From an uncultured Actinomycetota bacterium (lineage in GTDB: Bacteria; Actinomycetota; Humimicrobiia; Humimicrobiales; Humimicrobiaceae), in NCBI GenBank assembly GCA_964387355.1, contig CAYLWJ010000107.1, positions 1,669-65,668 of the forward strand: DNA of 64,000 nt, written 5' to 3'. The notes beneath the pieces are model-generated. The model did not search any database and was not told where the DNA came from. It was given only the letters and a program-made list of their open reading frames with translations. Both the position numbers and the translations under genes were made by a program. The first letter of the stretch is position 1; every line of letters starts with the position of its first letter. Positions 58,786 to 64,000 of the stretch are shown piece by piece.

Positions 58786-61203
58786 ATGAAATTTCAAGCT
58801 AAAAAAAGACATTTACTTACCCATAATTTTTATTTCAAATCAACCATTATCATATCAGTTATTACAACAATTTTTACTTTATTTACCTTTTTTAATTTAG
58901 CAGGATGTAATAAAACTATATCTGAACAATCACAATTAAAGGAAACTGCTACAACTACAGAAACTAATTCTTCTACTACTGAAACAATATCTTTAGAAAC
59001 AAAAATCGAAACAACAACCACAATACAGGATAAGTTGTTTGATATAAGAAATGTTACAGAACAACAGAGAAATGAAGCACGAAAATTATTTCCCTCTCAT
59101 ATTACCAGCGCATTTCTGGAAGGAACCATGGAACCCCCCGAAGGGTTTGATTCATGCATAGAAGCCCAAATTGGAAAAAATCGTTTAGATGAAATTCGCA
59201 AAGGACTGAGTAAACCCACAGGAGAAGAAAATGATATTGCTGCACTTTGCTTAATGAGTTTAGGCATAAATCCTGATTTACTTTTAAGTGGTTCTTTTAT
59301 AACCTCAGTAAAAAATGTAGAATCAAAATATAAAGTTGCACCTGGAAATCTTTCTGGTTGGTTTAAAGAAGGTCAAGAAGCTGATATTATGCTTTCAGGT
59401 TTTGGGTTTAACAACTCTGGCGGTCCCCTCTCTTTTAATCATCCTAAAGGCATCGCTACTGATGGTAAACGCCTGCTTCTTGCAGATGGAAACAATAATC
59501 GAATACTTATATGGAATAATCTTCCCAATGGAAATACACCTCCAGATATTGTTTTAGGACAACCTGATTTTAATACCAACGAGCCTGGTGACGGACCTAA
59601 TCAGATGAATTGGCCAGTAGGTGTTGCAACTGATGGAACTCGAGTAGTTGTTGCTGATACTAACAACGACAGGATTTTAATTTGGAATAAATTTCCAACC
59701 AGTAATGGACAATCAGCAGATATTATTTTAGATGGAAAAGCAGGTCGAGAGGACATAAGAGTAAATAAAAGCACATTTACCTGGCCATGGGGCATTTGGA
59801 CTGATGGTAAAAAGCTTGTTATAAGCAGTACTTTTGGTGGCTATGTACTTATATGGAATACATTTCCTATAAAAAATAACCAACCAGCTGATATCTTTCT
59901 TACTGCTGGTGGTAAAATGGGAACACCTAGAACTATTACAAGTAATGGTAAGTATCTAATAGTTGGTGACCATAATGCTAAGGAAACAAGCTCTGAAATT
60001 GGAAATTTTTTCTGGAAAGAGTTCCCTACAAAAGATGACCAGCCTTTTGACTTTTTTGCACCCGATCCAATAGATAAAAAGGGGGCATGGATGACAGGTG
60101 ATTTTACCTCTGATGATAAACTTATTATGATAGGCTCAACCCTTCACATATGGGACTTGCCACCTTCAAGTGAAGATGATAAACCATCCATTTCAATATC
60201 AGAAAAAGCATATAGATTTATCGGTGGTGATGGGGCAAGTCTTGCCATAGCTGGAAATAAAGTTTATATATCTTTATACAATGCAAATTGCATTGTTGGA
60301 TATAATAATATTCCAAATGATTTACAAGCAAAACCAGATTTCTCTATAGGAAGCCCAGATATTAACACTAATACTCTTGAAACAAATTATTTTATTACTA
60401 ATGGTGTCCCAGCCACCAATGGAGAAAACCTTTTAGTCTCATCAGATTTTGATAAAAAATTATATGTTTGGAAAAAAATTCCTGATGAAAATGGTGCATG
60501 GCCAGACTTAGTTTACAGCTTATCTGAAGAATTTTGGGATAATGCACTCTGGGAAAATATATTTGCTTTGGCTGGAAAAACTTCAGTTGTAATATGGAAA
60601 AATCTACCTCTTGACGGCCAAAAACCAGATATTACCTTTAAGGATAATATTGGGGGTATATCTTTAAAGGATTTAAAAGGTGTTGCCCTAGATGATAAGT
60701 ATTTTTATTTGTCTGATAATGAAGCTAATAAGGTTTATATATGGCAAGGCATACCTGACGGTAGAACTCCACCAATTTACAGTCTGTCAGTTAATGGTCC
60801 ATGGAGACTATCAAGTGATGGAAATTATTTAGTTGTTACATCAATTTTCAATCACACAGTTAACATCTATAAAGTTTCTGAACTATCATCTAATTCAAAA
60901 CCTGTTACTGTTATTGGTGAAAAAATTAAGATGTTTAATTTACCGCAAAATGCAATAGCATCAAAAGGTAGCTTGTTTATTGCTGATACAGGTTTCCATA
61001 GAGTTCAAATATGGAAAAATATAAAAGATGCAATAAACGGAAAAGAACCAGATGTAATCCTTGGAAAAGGTGGTCCAAATATTCCTCCTATGCCAACAAG
61101 AAATTCATTTTTTAATCCGGCTGGACTTGCCTTTGACGGTAGTTATCTTTGGGTAAGTGAATTAAAATTTAGTTTCAGAATTTTACGCTTTTCAGTTAAA
61201 TAG
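58786..61203 (+). CDS. large NHL-repeat beta-propeller lipoprotein
   Basis: Lipobox FFNLAGC, a Thr-rich linker, then about 12 repeats of the pattern P(D/E)IVLGQPDF...G(I/V)ATDG..L.VAD..NNRILIWN, typical of NHL repeats. Confidence 0.75.
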   Translation: MKFQAKKRHLLTHNFYFKSTIIISVITTIFTLFTFFNLAGCNKTISEQSQLKETATTTETNSSTTETISLETKIETTTTIQDKLFDIRNVTEQQRNEARKLFPSHITSAFLEGTMEPPEGFDSCIEAQIGKNRLDEIRKGLSKPTGEENDIAALCLMSLGINPDLLLSGSFITSVKNVESKYKVAPGNLSGWFKEGQEADIMLSGFGFNNSGGPLSFNHPKGIATDGKRLLLADGNNNRILIWNNLPNGNTPPDIVLGQPDFNTNEPGDGPNQMNWPVGVATDGTRVVVADTNNDRILIWNKFPTSNGQSADIILDGKAGREDIRVNKSTFTWPWGIWTDGKKLVISSTFGGYVLIWNTFPIKNNQPADIFLTAGGKMGTPRTITSNGKYLIVGDHNAKETSSEIGNFFWKEFPTKDDQPFDFFAPDPIDKKGAWMTGDFTSDDKLIMIGSTLHIWDLPPSSEDDKPSISISEKAYRFIGGDGASLAIAGNKVYISLYNANCIVGYNNIPNDLQAKPDFSIGSPDINTNTLETNYFITNGVPATNGENLLVSSDFDKKLYVWKKIPDENGAWPDLVYSLSEEFWDNALWENIFALAGKTSVVIWKNLPLDGQKPDITFKDNIGGISLKDLKGVALDDKYFYLSDNEANKVYIWQGIPDGRTPPIYSLSVNGPWRLSSDGNYLVVTSIFNHTVNIYKVSELSSNSKPVTVIGEKIKMFNLPQNAIASKGSLFIADTGFHRVQIWKNIKDAINGKEPDVILGKGGPNIPPMPTRNSFFNPAGLAFDGSYLWVSELKFSFRILRFSVK

Positions 61204-61304
61204 TTTTTAAAAATAATATATAAAAATATAGACTGAGAGCTAAATAAAGGGTAATAGTTTATAAAAATTATTATTAATTATTACTATTAATAAATTACTA
61301 TTTT

Positions 61305-61357
61305 ATTATAAATAACGCTCATAATTAAGTTACTAAAAAATTCATAATAATTTAATA
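61305..61357. repeat. ~53-nt dispersed repeat, copy B (see 56126..56179)
   Basis: Same alignment as copy A. Lies ~100 nt downstream of the NHL-repeat lipoprotein gene. Confidence 0.6.
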
Positions 61358-61486
61358 TTTTTTTAGCCAATTTGTAAAACTATTATTTAAAGAATTTTTG
61401 CTATTACTCCGTTATGTTTTAAACTTAGATTTTTAACAAGAATATTTATATTTGCAAAATAAATAAAACTTATTTTTTACTTATTG

Positions 61487-61759
61487 CTAATAATTACTCC
61501 TAAAAACATATTTTATTACACCTTTAGGGCAAATATCAATGCATTTTCCACAGAGTATGCACTCAGAATTTTCCATTTTGCCTGTCTGAACCATTTTCAT
61601 TACATCAAGACTCATTGTACAAGCTTTTGAGCATTTCTCGCATTTTATGCATTTATCCTTTTCAGCCCTTAATCTAAGTGAGGGAATTTTTAAAATAATT
61701 CCAAGCTTTCTTCCAGCTACCAGTAAAAATGATAGTAACTTGTATATGAGAGAGTTCAA
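61487..61759 (-). CDS. 2x[4Fe-4S] ferredoxin-domain protein with N-terminal hydrophobic segment
   Basis: CIKCEKCSKAC and CILCGKCIDICP motifs (CxxCxxCxxxCP). Confidence 0.65.
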   Translation of the reverse strand: MNSLIYKLLSFLLVAGRKLGIILKIPSLRLRAEKDKCIKCEKCSKACTMSLDVMKMVQTGKMENSECILCGKCIDICPKGVIKYVFRSNY

Positions 61760-62015
61760 AAGGCATAAAAAATATCACTATGAAGTATTTCAGCTATTTA
61801 TAATTAAAGTCTCTCGACTATAGTTTTAACTTTACAACTTTAATAATAATTAACTTTAAAATTTATATACTAAACATATTTTAAAATGGTAAATTTAATT
61901 GTATAAATAAAATAAATTTAATTTTTATTTTTAATATTTTCCGTTAAAATATCAATATATTTAAAATTAATTTATTAAATTTTACTAACATTCATTTAAT
62001 TAAAATTGATTTAAA

Positions 62016-63479
62016 TTGATTTATAATACTGAAGAAAATAGAGCAAAATGCATTTGTCCTTCATGCCCTAGTTTTCCTCGAACCTGTATTGGAGAGTTAC
62101 TTTACTGTTCTACTGGGGCAAGTAAATGTGACATTGAAATCCACAAATGTATTTGTGACAAATGTGAAGTATATATTGAAAATAAATTGGGTGGGCTTTA
62201 TTTTTGTGCAAGAAATATCACAAGTAGTGGCAAGCACTTATCCCGTAAAAGAAAAAATGATGAAGAGATTTCCTTTTACAATAAAATGCTTTATATTAAG
62301 CAAATTGCTGAAAGTGGCAAAAGTATAATTAGTTCCATGGGCTCTCAAAAATTTATCCCATTTAGCTTTGACCAAATTCATTTTATCCCAGCACAAATCC
62401 ATAAAATACCTCTAGAAAGAGATGATTTTGTAAACACTGAAATTATTATAGGAAAATCATCAAAAAACCCATTAAGGTTATCATCACCTATAATGTTAAC
62501 TGGAATGAGTCTAGGTGCAGTATCAAAAAATTTAAAATTAGTATTTGCAAAAACAGCATCATTGCTTAAAATAGCGTTTAATTCAGGTGAAGGCGGAATA
62601 CTTGATGAAGAACTGGATATAGCAGGTAGCTTTCTTATAGGCCAGTATTGCACAGTAGATAATAAAGTTGATTTAGAAAGATTAAATAGGGTCGCAGCAA
62701 TAGAAATTAGGTTTGGACAAGGAGCATATCCTGGTTGGGAAAGTTACCTTCCACCAGAAAAATTAAGCCCTGAAATTGCAAACATTAGAGGCATAAGAGG
62801 CACAGAACCAATATATTCACCTGCTCATCACTCTGATATAAATAATAAAGCTGAGCTAAAAGCAAAAATAAACTGGATAAGAAAAAATACTGCTGGCATT
62901 CCTGTTGGGGCAAAAATCGGCTGCGGAGATATTGAAAATGATATTAAAATTCTTGCCAGCGCTGGTGTTGACTTTATAGCAATTGATGGATTCGGTGGTG
63001 GGACAGGTGCTACGGAGAGTTTTGTCAGAGAAAACGTTGGTCTACCTTTAATTGCTGCCCTTCCAAGAGCAAATAAAACTTTAAAAAAACTCGGTGTTAA
63101 AAATAGAGTTTCACTTATTGCAGGTGGAGGCCTAAGAACTTCTGCTGATTTTGCAAAATGCCTAGCAATGGGTGCTGATGCAGTATATATAGGAACAGCA
63201 GCTTTAATTGCAGTTAATTGTGATCAATACAGAGTGTGTCACACTGGACTTTGCCCAACGGGTATAACAACTCATAAAGAGGAACTTACAAAACACTTAG
63301 TTATAGAACATGGAGTAAAAAAACTTACAAATTTTATCAAAGTGTCAACTGAAGAGATTGCTAATTTTTCTAGAATAGTTGGCAAAAACGATATTAATTT
63401 GCTTAACATACAAGATTTAGTATCAATTAATAAAGAGCTATCTGAGCTTACAGGCATAAAATGGCTTAATGGTCACTAA
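62016..63479 (+). CDS. glutamate-synthase (GltB FMN-binding domain) family protein with Cys-rich N-terminal extension; TTG start
   Basis: FMN-domain motifs IIIGKSSKNPLRLSSPIMLTGMSLGAVS, GEGG, IEIRFGQGA.PG, DGFGGGTGA, GGGLRT. The N-terminal ~60 aa contain 10 Cys (CICPSCPS...CIGELLYC...CDIEIHKCICDKCEV). Confidence 0.75.
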   Translation: MIYNTEENRAKCICPSCPSFPRTCIGELLYCSTGASKCDIEIHKCICDKCEVYIENKLGGLYFCARNITSSGKHLSRKRKNDEEISFYNKMLYIKQIAESGKSIISSMGSQKFIPFSFDQIHFIPAQIHKIPLERDDFVNTEIIIGKSSKNPLRLSSPIMLTGMSLGAVSKNLKLVFAKTASLLKIAFNSGEGGILDEELDIAGSFLIGQYCTVDNKVDLERLNRVAAIEIRFGQGAYPGWESYLPPEKLSPEIANIRGIRGTEPIYSPAHHSDINNKAELKAKINWIRKNTAGIPVGAKIGCGDIENDIKILASAGVDFIAIDGFGGGTGATESFVRENVGLPLIAALPRANKTLKKLGVKNRVSLIAGGGLRTSADFAKCLAMGADAVYIGTAALIAVNCDQYRVCHTGLCPTGITTHKEELTKHLVIEHGVKKLTNFIKVSTEEIANFSRIVGKNDINLLNIQDLVSINKELSELTGIKWLNGH

Positions 63480-63498
63480 AAATAAAGAATAAAGTAAA

Positions 63499-64000
63499 TT
63501 AACCAAGAAAAAATATATCAAATGGAATTGCTGCTAATTTTTCATTAAATATAACACTTTTATTTCCGGGGTATAAAAAAATAACATATTTTAATCGGTC
63601 TTTTAAATTTTCAATAAAAAAATTTGCTGATTTTAAATCTTGCTTTGAAATTTTACCTAACCATTTTACTTCAATTCCTACAAGATTTTCTCCATATTCA
63701 AGCAAAAAATCTATTTCCTGTCCTGAATGTGAACGCAAAAAATAAACATTTGGTTTTTGTTTAGAATAGGAAATAATTTTTCTTAGCTCATTAGATACCC
63801 ATGTTTCAATGATAAAGCCAACCCTACCAACCCTATTTTGAAGTTCTAATGTTTTCCAGTTACTGGTTGCTGTGATATTACATACCATTCCTGTATCTGT
63901 ATAATAAACCTTTGGTGTTTTAACTAGGCGTTTACCAATATTAGAGTAATATGGGTATGAAAAATAAATTTGATATGTTAACTCAAGCAATGATATGTAT
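63499..64000 (-). CDS. C-terminal part of a DUF4143-containing AAA-type ATPase (partial; gene continues past the window end)
   Basis: KTPKVYYTDTGMVCNI matches the DUF4143 KxPKxYFxDtGL motif. The frame is open upstream of the listed TTG to coordinate 64000. Confidence 0.55.
   Translation of the reverse strand, partial: YISLLELTYQIYFSYPYYSNIGKRLVKTPKVYYTDTGMVCNITATSNWKTLELQNRVGRVGFIIETWVSNELRKIISYSKQKPNVYFLRSHSGQEIDFLLEYGENLVGIEVKWLGKISKQDLKSANFFIENLKDRLKYVIFLYPGNKSVIFNEKLAAIPFDIFFLG

Noticed and set aside
1-64000. CRISPR arrays, rRNA genes, integrases/transposases
   Set aside because: No spacer-interrupted direct repeats, no rRNA-like conserved blocks, and no recombinase-like ORF were seen on either strand. 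The tandem repeats at 34501-34621 have no unique spacers.

Overview
This is an AT-rich (roughly 25-30% GC) bacterial chromosome segment. Gene content and order are low-GC Firmicutes / Clostridia-like. All reading is under the standard genetic code, and the long ORFs are intact under it.

Coordinates ~1-44,300 hold a conserved housekeeping block, almost entirely on the minus strand. In order: comEA (partial), a large FAD/Fe-S/CCG oxidoreductase, a Gfo/Idh/MocA oxidoreductase, an Rrf2 regulator, leuS, rsfS, an LCP-family protein, yqeK, nadD, proA, proB, obg, rpmA, rplU, an RNase G/E-family ribonuclease, a fused radical-SAM/DUF2344 protein, rodA, PBP2, mreD, mreC, mreB, a DUF4321 protein, maf, folC, valS, clpX, clpP, tig. 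These are followed by five tRNAs, an Fe-alcohol dehydrogenase and two more tRNAs.

From memory this mirrors the clostridial maf-to-leuS region, but minCDE, radC and mgsA are absent, which suggests a reduced genome.

Coordinates ~44,300-64,000 are an accessory-like region containing:
- an intact VapBC pair;
- a four-gene extracytoplasmic redox/metal locus (a bis-heme ferric-reductase-type membrane protein, a DOMON lipoprotein, a CopD-like 4-TM protein, and a LAYTG-anchored Cys-containing surface protein);
- a frameshifted AbiEii-like nucleotidyltransferase module;
- arsC, an M48 protease, and an Amidase_3-DUF4214-LytR_C autolysin;
- a ~1.6 kb decayed zone holding a duplicated 3' fragment of the M48 gene and a degraded RHH-PIN relic;
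- a uroporphyrinogen-decarboxylase-family protein, an 805-aa NHL-repeat lipoprotein, a ferredoxin, a glutamate-synthase-domain protein, and a partial DUF4143 ATPase.

Notable oddities:
- rplU has no ATG/GTG/TTG in frame; an ATT sits at the expected start with a perfect SD. rsfS and the RHH relic show the same pattern with ATA or ATT.
- Many conserved proteins carry N/K/Q/H-rich low-complexity insertions.
- A ~150-nt strongly structured GC-richer element lies between the tRNAs and the ADH gene.
- There are several intergenic repeat families and palindromes.
- No CRISPR array, rRNA, integrase or transposase was seen.
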